DNA from: Camelus ferus
Taxonomy: Eukaryota
Reading direction: 5' to 3'
Length of the DNA: 64,000 nucleotides
Assembly (NCBI RefSeq): GCF_009834535.1
Contig: NC_045697.1
Location: 81,470,001-81,534,000 of the forward strand
The notes below the pieces were generated by a model. It saw only the letters and a list, made by a program, of their open reading frames with translations. It was not told the DNA's origin and did not search any database. The position numbers were made by a program, and so were the translations under genes. Below, piece by piece: positions 53,801 to 64,000 of this stretch. Within the stretch, counting starts at the first letter, position 1; every line of letters begins with the position of its first letter.

Positions 53801-54199
53801 TGAATATTTAAAAATTAATATTTTGTTTAAATAGAATAGGTCCATATAATTTTGATATATACTTATATGCATTTATATTTATATATGTATTCTGACAAAA
53901 ACATCTTAAAATATATATTTAAAATATAAAAACTGATGATGAATGTAGTCATTCATACCAATCTATATTGTCGTTTTGGTATTTGGATATTGCTGACTTC
54001 ATAGAATAAGCAAGGCAATGTTCCTTCCGATTCTATTTTCTGCTTCAATAAATTGTGATGTTTTAGTATTATTTATTCATTAAATACATGAAAGATTTTA
54101 CCAGCAAAATCATCTGCATATGGTGCTTTTTATCAGTCTCATGGTACTCCACACTCCTCTTCTACCAATTAATCAAATTAGCCATGTAAATGTTCATAT

Positions 54200-54430
54200 T
54201 AGCTTATGGTTCCAGGCATTTTTGTTCCAGGTAAGTAGATCTCACTTGCTGTATGTCTCTGGCTGTACTGTCTTTCTAGATACTGGGGTGGTAATTTGTT
54301 CAATGACCTAAATTTCCTGCTAGGTTCAAGAAAAGTCTCTGATTTAAGTCTATTTTTTTCCTTCTTGTAAGGAGGAGAGTGATGGCTTCTCTGATCTTTA
54401 TATGTTGGAGCTAAAATCAGAAGTCCTAAT
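54200..54430 (-). mobile_element. L1ME 5' end fragment
   Basis: tgacct.aattt.ctg..aggttcaagaaaagt..tcttgtaagga.gagagtgatggctt..ctttatatgttggagctaaaa.cagaagtc. Confidence 0.6.
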
Positions 54431-55679
54431 CACTCTCCTTTAAAGATAAATTCACTATAATTTGCCTAACTACAAAATAAAATGGAGTGAAGTGTTGCAT
54501 CTCTTCTCAAGTATCTCCATGCAAAAGTCTGAATTTTCTAAAGTGATTTAGTTAAGAAATCTCAGAGTCAACCAAATAGAGATCCATAAAAGATAATAAA
54601 CATTTTAATGCAAACATTTATGGAATAATTAAAGTGTATGAGACTTATCAGATAGCTTGCTTGAAAGAATCAGATAAGGATAGATGCACAAAAATACCAA
54701 AATTTTAATTAAAGGATTTGAAGAATGGTAGGAGCACAGTGAACTCTGAAATTTAAGATGAGAATAGATGGTAAGGTGTTGGTACAAATATCCTTTTTAA
54801 GTTATATCTGTGTTTTCTTATCAAACAGTGAAGTATTTATTTATTTTCAAGAAGGAGATATGGTTGTGAAAACTGTATTTTGAATTGTTTTTGCAGTTTT
54901 GTTTACTATCAAATAATGCCCCAACAGACATCTGCATGACCTTTAAAGAGGCATGGCAGGAGTTGGTAATAATCCAGATTTCTCACACTAAGGTACCAAC
55001 AGTAGGTCATGGTAAACCTTAGTTTTTTGGAGATACCCAAACATACGAATTTTGGCATATTTCAGTGGATACTAATTCAATCACAAGAGACTTTCATGGC
55101 TCTATTAGATGTTGAAAGTATGTGTAGTCATTTACAAGATAAACAAGTAGAATTACACTGAGTATATTTGGAGCTAGAATTAACTACAAATGATTGATCA
55201 AGTGAAAAAAGAAATACATTTTTCATGAGGCTGTTTTTCAAACTGGCTTTTCATTTTATTTTAATTAATGACAAGCGCCAAGCATGATTTTGACTAAATT
55301 AGCAAAGCCAAAAAATATAGTAAATCAGAAAATGTCACATGTTGTCCTTTTGATTATCAGTAATTTTTATCAACAAATTCTAGTAAAAATAGTTACACTT
55401 CTGTGATTTCATATATCATAATAATACATTGATGCATTCTATAAATTGACAAATTTCAATTCAAACAATTATTTTGAGAAAATTAAGCCCCCTTTAACTA
55501 AACATGGAAGTATATCTGCTTTTGAATTTTAATATACTAGAAAGACATTGATAACATTATGGCAATGTGTTTATCTCATAGTTTTAAATATTTAAAACTT
55601 GAGATTTTTAAAGAAACATGATTAAGATTTTTAAAGAAACATGAAAAAATAAAAACAGTAGTGTTTGGAATGAAATATT

Positions 55680-57000
55680 GTAGATGAATATGCCTGTCCA
55701 TGTTCTTTGACACATTTATTGAGCATTGGGTATATATCTAAAAAGAAAAATTCCCATTTTCTAGTATTATATGCCATAACATACAAGGAATTCTTTAACA
55801 TGATTTATCAAATTCCTCTCCTGTTGCTTAAAGTCCTTGTTAAAACTTGCTCTCACATGTTTCCATTCTAGAAATTTTGCTGTGGGTTGTGTTGTTGTGA
55901 CTTTTACTTGAATTTCACTGGTGATTAGTGGGTTTGAACATCTTTTTAAATGTTTATCATCCATTAGGGATATTTTTTGTGTGACAAGTGTCCACTCATG
56001 TTGTTTGACTTTTTCCCCCCATTTGTTGACTTTCTTTTTTGATTTGGGGAGAAAAATATTTTTGTTAGTTTCATGTATTGAAAATATTTTCTCCCAGTCA
56101 CAGTTTTCATTTTTACTCTTTTGATGGTCTCTATCAATAAATCAAACATGGTATATTTATAATTTGTATTTTCTGTGTTGTGATTAAGAAATGTCTATTT
56201 AACAAAAGGTCGACAATAATATCTTCAAGAAGCTTTATATTTTTACCTTTACATTTAGATCTGAATACAGTAAGAGTTGATTTTTGTGAATAGTGGAAGA
56301 TTGGGACCAGGCTCATTTGTTTGTTAATTTGTTTTTTATGATTATATAGTTGACCAGGTCTTTCTTTCCCTATTTCTCATTAGAGCCCACCTTGGTCATC
56401 AATTAAATGTCTATAAAAGTGTGGGTCAGTTTCTGGACTCTTTGTTAGTGCCTCCAACAGGCAAGAGGACTCAACTGGTCCACTCCTCTAGGATTTCCTT
56501 CTCTCTCTCCATTTGCTTTACAAGTTATTGGTACCTTGCTAAATCTCTGACATTTTCAACAAGGCTTTTTTGTTTTGGTTTTGGTTTGTCTTCCTAGCTT
56601 TTCTAGTTTTTATTAGTGAGTGTACAGATCTGAAACAAACTAATCTGCTGTGGATAGAACTGAAATTTATTTTTAATCATGAATGAATGTTTACACTATT
56701 AAGTGCTTTACTAAATATACTGAATTGATCATCTATTTTCTCCTTTTGCACATTGTACAGACTAAATGGACAAGACCTCTCACTTTGCACAAGACTATCC
56801 CAATTTTAGCACCAAAAGTCTAACATCTCAAGAAACTTTGTAGGCTCAGGCAGTCAGAGACAATTGCTTAACCTGTAAATAGGGTCCTACATATTGATAG
56901 ATATTCTTACATTGTATTTTCCATCTATCCTGGGGATAAACTCTCTTTGGTCATGGAGTGTTAATTCTTTAACAATCACTTGCATTCTATTGAAACCCAC
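55680..57000 (-). mobile_element. degraded L1ME fragments
   Basis: ttaagaaat.tct, agctttatattttta.ctttacatttagatct, gagttgatttttgtg, gtgggtc.gtttctggactc, cctgggga.taaac.c.ctttggtcatg. Confidence 0.7.
56763..56876. mobile_element. MER81-like hAT-Blackjack MITE
   Basis: tttgc.caagact.tcccaattttagcac.aaaagtc..catctcaagaaac..caggca..gagacaattg..aacct. Confidence 0.65.
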
Positions 57001-57044
57001 TATTAAAACATAGTTTTATAAAACCTGTTTTAAAAAGGGTTTCA

Positions 57045-57520
57045 TATTAGTTAAGATTAGGTTTGGCTACATTTAACACCTTAAATGAAAATAATCATAG
57101 ATAAAAAGAAAAAAAAATTTTCCCTATGTTTTGAAATTTTAGAAGTTGTACAATCAGAGCTGGTGTGATCAGTTCTCTGAGAAGTCAGATTCTGAGTCTC
57201 TTTTTATTTTATTGCTTTGCCATAAATGTGGCCATTCCATAGCTCAACTTGTGATCAATGGTGGCTACTGGAGTAATGGCCATTAAAGCATTAAGCACAA
57301 AGAGGAAACAGGGCCTTTAACCTTTCCCTTTAAGGACATTTCCTAGAATTTGTGCAAAACTGCCTCTGCTTAATTCTCCTTAGTCAGGATATAATCACAT
57401 AGTCAGATCTGTTTTATGACTTATTTCGGTCGACCATGCATTTACCTAAAGATCAGCGTATACCACTAATGGAAAAGGCAAAGATAGGGATTTGGTAAAA
57501 AATAAGAGTCTTTGAAACTT
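57045..57520 (-). mobile_element. MLT1J/K-like MaLR LTR
   Basis: tattagttaagattaggtttggct, cagagctggt, tttaagga.atttcctagaa, ctctgctta..tctc.ttagtcag..tcacatagtc. Confidence 0.65.
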
Positions 57521-59974
57521 GTATTGTGGAGTATAATGGGCTTATAATCTCAGTTTCTCACACTTCCTTATTTAATTTAGGAATCAAGGGTATATATACC
57601 TCACAAAATTATATGGGCAGCTCTTTCATCTTTTTCTGTTTTCTGGAAAAACAATTTAGGGATTCTGTGGTCCTTTACAGTTGTTAGAAATTTTCCTCTA
57701 AGAGTGTTTGAGCCTTGGGATTTTTTGCAAAACAAGGTATTTATTCATCTGCCTTTTCAATCTGGTTTTCATTTTTAATTTTAAAAAATTTGTGTGTTGC
57801 CTCAAGTATTTTCAAACCCAATTTATTTCTTATATGAAATCTTATATGAAATCTTCTTCATTTAAGACTACAATCCTTCAGTTTACCTAAAAGTTTTTTT
57901 TTCTTAAGTACTTCCCATGTCTTTATCAACTGTGGATGAATTGGGGGAGAGTTTCTCTATCTATTATTTGAAATAATTTTCAGCTATATTTATTTTTAAC
58001 TCAAACTGTTATTAAAATTTTTATTTTAATCACTGTACTTTTATGGCTGAATCTTTCCAATTCGACCTTTTTTAGGTCTGCTTGCTCATATATTAGATTC
58101 TCAAAGTCTTTCCTTATATTCTTTGGGCTATTCATTACATTTATATTTAATTATGCTTGAAATTATGCTTCACATAATCATTCATTCTGACGCTTTTGAA
58201 AGAAATTCTTTAGTTTTTGTTCTCTAATTTTTGTAGTATCTGTACTCTTCTGAAATATTAGCTTTTTTTCCATATGAGTCACATTCCCCTAGGGTACAAG
58301 CTATTTTGCCTAGAAATCTATTAAGGAGTGAGATGAAAATGGGCCTTATGTTGTTTCTTCTAATGAGTTTAATGAAGGGTAGGCATATTCTACCTTGGGA
58401 ACTTCTCTCCCCACAATCTGGACTGTAAAATCTTTTTGCAAAACCAAGTAAATTTGTCTTTTGAATTAAAAACTACTTTTTTCCAAGAGTTCTCCCAACC
58501 TTTATTGTGTCTGTCTGTCAGAGTTTGTAGATGGTAGAGAGAAAAAAACTAAGTTGACTTTCAACCTACATCTACCATGACCTGTTCCTACCCCAACTGG
58601 GATCTGGCGCCATCCACTCTTGCAGATGGAGTAACACCACAGAAATGTCTTCTCTGTGAAGCTTCCCTGGCTCACACTGACTCCAGGGAAATAATGATCT
58701 GCCTAGGGCAATGTGGCAAAGAGAGGAGAATACAAGTTAAAAGTTCTATTTTAAAAGTGGGGCTTAACCATTCTCTGCTATAAGCTACTACCTCCTCAAA
58801 CTACCTTAAAATTGCCTTAAATCCCTTTCCTCTGCTTCTAAAATTTTTACATTGGATTTTTAGGTCTTGCCATTTTGTCAGATGTACTGTATCCCTCCGT
58901 TTGGATCCTGGGTAAGGAACAGATTTTATAATTTGCAATCATATTCTGTAAAAGGAAAACCAGTCTTTCATAATATACTTTTCATTTACAGTTAAGATAT
59001 CTGTGTACTGAATACACATATTGTGGCATAATAGATATTTCTTACTTTATGGAACTATATATTGTATCCAGCTGGGAAGAAACTTACAGAAAATATGTCT
59101 TTATATATACATATACATTATAGATATATTTTATAGACTATACATTAGAGATAGTATCATTCAATTTTTATTTTCTTTTAGTGTTTAGAACTATGAACAA
59201 TAAAAAACAGGTATAAAACCATAAACATATGCTGCTTTTGTTGTGTTCCTCAGTGTGTTCTCTAACTAGGTCTCTGTAGACTAAGCTATTGGTCTCTCTA
59301 TTTTCTCATGTTGAAACTAAAGCTAGCGCTGGTCCATCTAATTTGCAGTAGAGACAAGTCTCTGAAGCTGCCTAATTCTCTTAACTGGGAATATGAGTGC
59401 AGTGGAAGGAGTTGTATGAAATTCTTAGCTTTTGATAAGATTCTCTGAAGGTCCACTATCAGAAAAAAATGTTCTTTAGTACATTTCTTTAATCCTGGTA
59501 ATTTTTTACTACTTTCTGTAGTTTGTTTTAACTTGTCTTTTAAAAATAATCTGGTAAGAAAATTAATTTACAGATAATTAGAATTTTTCATTTCTATTAG
59601 TTTTTATAGAACATTCATATTTCATATAGTGAGGGATACATATTTGAGTTTTTATTGTACAATACACTGTAATTATATATGAAATCTTATTTATTAGTAA
59701 TAATCACCCATACACATATCTGATTTTTTTAGTAACAAGTAACCAAGACTTTCTGTTCTTTTAATCTACTATTCACTGTGCATAATATGTTCAAGTAGTA
59801 CCAAACTTCTATCAAAAGCCTATCAAGTTGTCTTACCAGCTGATAAGAAAGTATGTGATGGATAAATTTTTTGCACTGTTACTAATCACATTATATTTAT
59901 TTTGAATCCTTTATTCTCAGCAGATCTATTTTATAACTATAAATTACTTCAGTAGCTTCACTTCATTTTTGAAA

Positions 59975-60090
59975 TTCTTTTTTCAGCTTTATTGAGGTAT
60001 AGTTAAAAAATAAAATTGTAAAATATTTAAAATGTCAATGTGATGATTTGATTTAGGTATCCATTATGAAATAATTCCCCCATCACTATT
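59975..60090 (-). mobile_element. short L1 3' end (L1MA-like)
   Basis: T-tract followed by cagctttattgaggtatagtt..aataaaattgta..atattta..aatgtgatg.tttga. Confidence 0.75.
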
Positions 60091-61208
60091 ACATGATTCT
60101 CCTACAAGTTGATCCTAAATCAATCTTTCATTTCTCCCGGTTCTATTCTTTAAGTGTGTTTTATTATAGAACTCTAACTTCTCTCTAAAACTATAGTTCT
60201 CTAGTCATTTCTTTTATAAAATTTTTTGCCTTATAAATTTTCCAACTTACATCTTCATAAGTGATACAGGAATTATTATCTCTCCTGAATGGGTTCCACT
60301 TTTCTTATTCTAGTGAAAATTTAGTGAACCTAGTACAAAATGAATGTTACTTCCTTCCCTATTGAAATATTTTCAAATGCAGTCTAAGATTATGCACATT
60401 CTTGGCAACTGCATCATGTATATTCCTTCAGCTTGCTTCTGACTAAAGTCCATGTTATTAGTAAGCTACTCTTAAAGCAATGAATTTCATTACGTATCTG
60501 GACTTCTTTAGTATTTTGCATTTTTAGGGGGTCTTAGGAAAGCTAAGTACAGTAGTGAAAGGCCTTACTTATGTTGTTAAATGTGTGTGTTTTTAAAAAT
60601 ATTTATACCAAGAATTTAAATTAGAGTCCGTTTGAATAAACTTCATGGCATCCAAAAATTAAATGACAGAAATTACAGGAAAATGCACAAATCAAAACGT
60701 AGAGTAGTGTGTATACCTCTGGGATGGAGAGAAAAAATCCTTCCGAAGTACAGGAGAGATTTTCGTGCTTTAGGTAATGTTCTTATTCTTAAACTGAGTA
60801 ATGGCTTAATAAGTGTTCATTATTACTTTCAAAATTAACATAAATATTATATTTACTATTTAATATCTACCAAATGTTAAAGCATTTTTTAAAAGATAAA
60901 ATCATATTAATGCAAATTATAAAATTTGAAAATGTGTCAAAATTTTATTCAATTCATTAATTAAGAGAGACTCAGAAAAATGCTCAGACCAACCCAAAGT
61001 GTTTCAGAAGCTGTGTATTTATAGGCAACCAAATAAAGGAGTGTAATAATAAGATTTGCTGAGTAAGATGCACATTTAATTAACGGCCTAGAGGATATTT
61101 ACATATTATGAGCCATAATCCTTTCGTGGGTCTTTGCCCCATATGATATTGGAAAGATGTACCACTCAGATGTTTGCCTTATTTTCAAGTTTAGGGGTAG
61201 TTATTCTT

Positions 61209-61296
61209 TTTTATTGTTGGTGTATTCTACTCTTTTTTTTTTTTTGAAGTAGAGTCAGTTTACAATGTTGTGTCAGTTTCTGGTGTACAGCATAAT
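61209..61296 (-). mobile_element. very short young L1 3' end with extra 3' sequence
   Basis: Minus strand attatgctgtacaccagaaactgacacaacattgtaaactgactctacttc-A13-GAGTAGAATACACCAACAATAAAA; 21-bp TSD with 1 mismatch at 61188-61208 and 61297-61317. Confidence 0.88.
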
Positions 61297-61599
61297 AGTT
61301 TAGGGGTAGTTTTTCTTAACCATTTTAAAAGTTTTTAAAAATCAGCTTAAAACTAATAAGTTAAAGTAACATAAAGTTTTATATTTATACAAATAAAGAT
61401 TTCACTTCACTTAAAATTATCATAGAAATAACCTAAATAATCCACATATGATTAGAGATTAAGCAAGATCTTTTCTTACAATATTGCTCTTTAAGTTGTC
61501 TCTTTAATATATTTAAATTGAAAGAATATAGAGATACTAAAAGAAAAATTAGTTAAAACTATCCTTAGGATTTTTTTCTTTTGCATGACTTTTATCTGT

Positions 61600-61910
61600 T
61601 CAACAGTTATTTACTGTGTTTTACAATATGTCCTTGCACATACTATATGCACTCTGAGATCTGGGGATACCAAAGGAAATGTGACAAACTAGTTCCTTTC
61701 TCTCGTCGTATTTACATTTTAGTGGCAGACAGTAAATGACACTTAAGTAAAGCATGTCACAGCATTTCAAATAGTGATAAGTGTCATGTAAAATTAAAAT
61801 TAAACAAAAAATAAAATTAGGATAATGGGAAAGAAAATATCCGGGAATGGATAGGGGAGACCATTTTAGATTAGGGAGACAGTTTAGGTCAGGAAAGCCG
61901 CTGTGATAAT
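61600..61910 (-). mobile_element. L2 LINE 3' fragment
   Basis: ttcaacagttatttactg, ctggggatac, atagtgataagtg.catg, ttttagattagg..gtcaggaaag. Confidence 0.65.
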
Positions 61911-62552
61911 GAGAAAAGCCCACAGATCATTTGAAAACTTTGCTTGCTTTTGACTGGCATAAGTGATAAAAATACCATGTTGCAATTTAAAAATTATGTC
62001 ACAAATATATATCATGTCTGACAGATAAATTGAACTTATCTAATAAACTGTTCAGTCAAATTTTCAAGCAGAAAATGCTGATGTTTCTATCCTGGTACTT
62101 GTTTCAAAGCCATTTGTCAAAATTTAAAACAAAATATAAATTATGGATTCAAAATATGAGTTGTGGGGATGCCACAGATTGTAATATAAGGTTTAGATTA
62201 ACAAGATTTTCAAATCAAGTTGCAAAGCAACCACTTCAATGACTGAAAAAAAAACGCTGCTAAAATCTTAAGACTGTGTTTATTTTCAGATTGTGTTAGT
62301 GTAATCATCATTAATCTTTAGTTGTTTAAAGTGAATTTTTTTCATTTTATTCTTTTTATTGTTATTGAAGGGATAGATGGACATTTTAAATTTTTATATT
62401 TTAAACCCATCCAAATGGGCCTAATATTAAAAGTAAAATCTCTTTATCTGCCATTACCACAACTCCAGGTCACTTTTGTCCTTTTCTGTTTGTTTCTAGT
62501 CTGTCTGATAATTCAAACCCAAACTCTAAATAATGTGGCTCTTTCACAGTAA

Positions 62553-62985
62553 TTTCTTAGGAATTGAATTGTGTCCCTCTCCCCAAATTCATGTGTTGAA
62601 GTTCTAATCTGCAGTATCTTAGAACGTGACCTTATTTGGAAATAGAGTTGTTATCGATGTAATGAGTTACAATGAGGTCATACTGGAATGGGTCCCTAAT
62701 CCAACTATGACTGGCATTCTTATAAAAAGGAGAAATCTCGACACAGACACTTCTCAGGGAGACCACCACGTCAAGAATGAAGTCGTGCTTCCACAAGCCA
62801 AGCATTACCAGAACTTAGGAGACTGGCCTGGAAGAGACCCTTCCCTAGTTCCTTCAGGGAAAATGTAGCCCTGCCAACAACTTGACCTTGGACTTCTAAT
62901 CTATACAACTATAAGACAACACATTTCTGATGTTAAGTCATTCAGTTTTTATGATACTTTGTTACAACAGCCTAGTAAACTAATT
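62553..62985 (+). mobile_element. MLT1B/C-type MaLR solo LTR
   Basis: ttgaattgtgtccc..ccaaattcatgtgttgaagt.ctaa..gaacgtgaccttatttggaaatag..caagccaag..gccctgccaaca.cttga..ggacttct..tttgttacaacagcc. Confidence 0.9.
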
Positions 62986-63436
62986 TATGATTTGTCCTAT
63001 TTATTGATTTCTTATTATATGCTGGGCACATCTAAGTTCTTTAAATGTGTTATATCATTTAATACTCACCATAGGCTGAATAGGTACCTACTACTATTAA
63101 CCCCATTATGTAAAGAACACAAGAGGTACCTTTCAAAGCTTACAGTCGGTATGACTTCATGGTTGCTTGCTTAACTGTGCCAACATGATGTTGATTTCTT
63201 AATTCATATAAGGACTCAGATAATTCTAATTAACTTTCCACTAAAAAGGCTGTGAGATTTAGTTCAGTTAAAAATAATCTCTCCTCCCATAATCTCCAAT
63301 ATTACTTAATTTTCAATTTTTATTTTCTATTGGTTAGCTTTATTTTTAAATACTGTATTTAGACCTCTATTTCCTAATCATTCAACTTCAGACATTATTT
63401 CTTATCTACTCAGTATATAAAATTAAGAAAGTAGCA

Positions 63437-63483
63437 ACACTGTAAATTGACTATACTTCAATTAAAAACAAAAAAAAGAAAAA
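63437..63483 (+). mobile_element. ultra-short L1 3' terminus with poly(A)
   Basis: acactgtaaattgactatacttcaatt plus A-rich tail; 12-bp TSD aagaaagtagca at 63425-63436 and 63484-63495; TT/AAGA endonuclease-type site. Confidence 0.85.
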
Positions 63484-64000
63484 AAGAAAGTAGCACCTCT
63501 ACACTTCCCTCAAACTCTCCTTCCTCTTTGTATCTCCTAATCTGTCTGCTCCCCCGTTATGTTTACATAGTCAAGGCAGTTGTACGCAGTAAGTTTGATC
63601 AAGTCTTTCCAGTTTCAGAGATTATTCCCTAGTATATAAACATTTTCTCTAAACCAAGTAATCTGATTTAATAATGGAGAACGATTTATTATATGTCACT
63701 AAGCATACTGTTTCAAATTTCAAGGTCAGATGCAATATATTTTCTTATACTTTTTCAACCATCAAAATGTTTTAATTTACTTCATTTAAAAATGTTCACT
63801 TTCTTATACATATTTTCTGCTGAACCCTTCTTTCACCAGAATTTCCTACTTATTTCCTATCATCTTGTTATTAAAGGAAAAAAAGAATAAATTACTAACA
63901 TCTTTATTTGATAAAACAAGTAAGTCTCTACTGACTTACTTAAGTGGGTATATGGCTCTTGTCCTGGGATCTCTTTTCAATGCATATCTGGGCTATTCTT

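Noticed and set aside
58603..58625. CTCF-like motif (also ~41308-41325)
   Set aside because: Mismatches at core positions; not supportable without ChIP data.
1..64000. All ORFs in the supplied six-frame track as protein-coding genes
   Set aside because: They are 60-118 aa, many start at non-ATG codons, and their composition (F/L/I/K-rich) reflects AT-rich DNA. The recognisable ones (e.g. 20521, 22412) are broken L1 ORF2 pieces.
1..64000. CRISPR array, operon or other prokaryotic/viral system
   Set aside because: The DNA is clearly mammalian, with no regularly spaced repeat-spacer structure or gene-dense segment.

Overview
This is AT-rich, CpG-depleted mammalian non-coding DNA, either a gene desert or a large intron. 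The host is very probably a camelid (alpaca, llama or camel), judged from a Vic-1-type tRNA-derived SINE and camelid-type L1 3' ends. I cannot support any protein-coding gene, RNA gene, CpG island or CRISPR array. The supplied ORFs are short, low-complexity or lie inside decayed repeats. Much of the window is transposon debris: old L1MC/MD/ME LINEs, L2 and MIR, MLT1 and ERVL LTRs, hAT DNA transposons and three young L1 insertions with target-site duplications. The most informative structures are: (i) a fossil ERVL provirus (gag-pro-RNaseH-IN-dUTPase region plus an LTR33-like 3' LTR) with most of RT missing, interrupted by an L1MC and an L2; (ii) a tiny young L1 with an apparent 3' transduction; (iii) two isolated exon-like segments; (iv) a 21-bp hairpin; and (v) several repeat-free, motif-rich candidate enhancers. 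I found no convincing evidence of a novel biological system. Repeat family names come from my recall of consensus sequences, not from a search. Boundaries are approximate unless fixed by TSDs.
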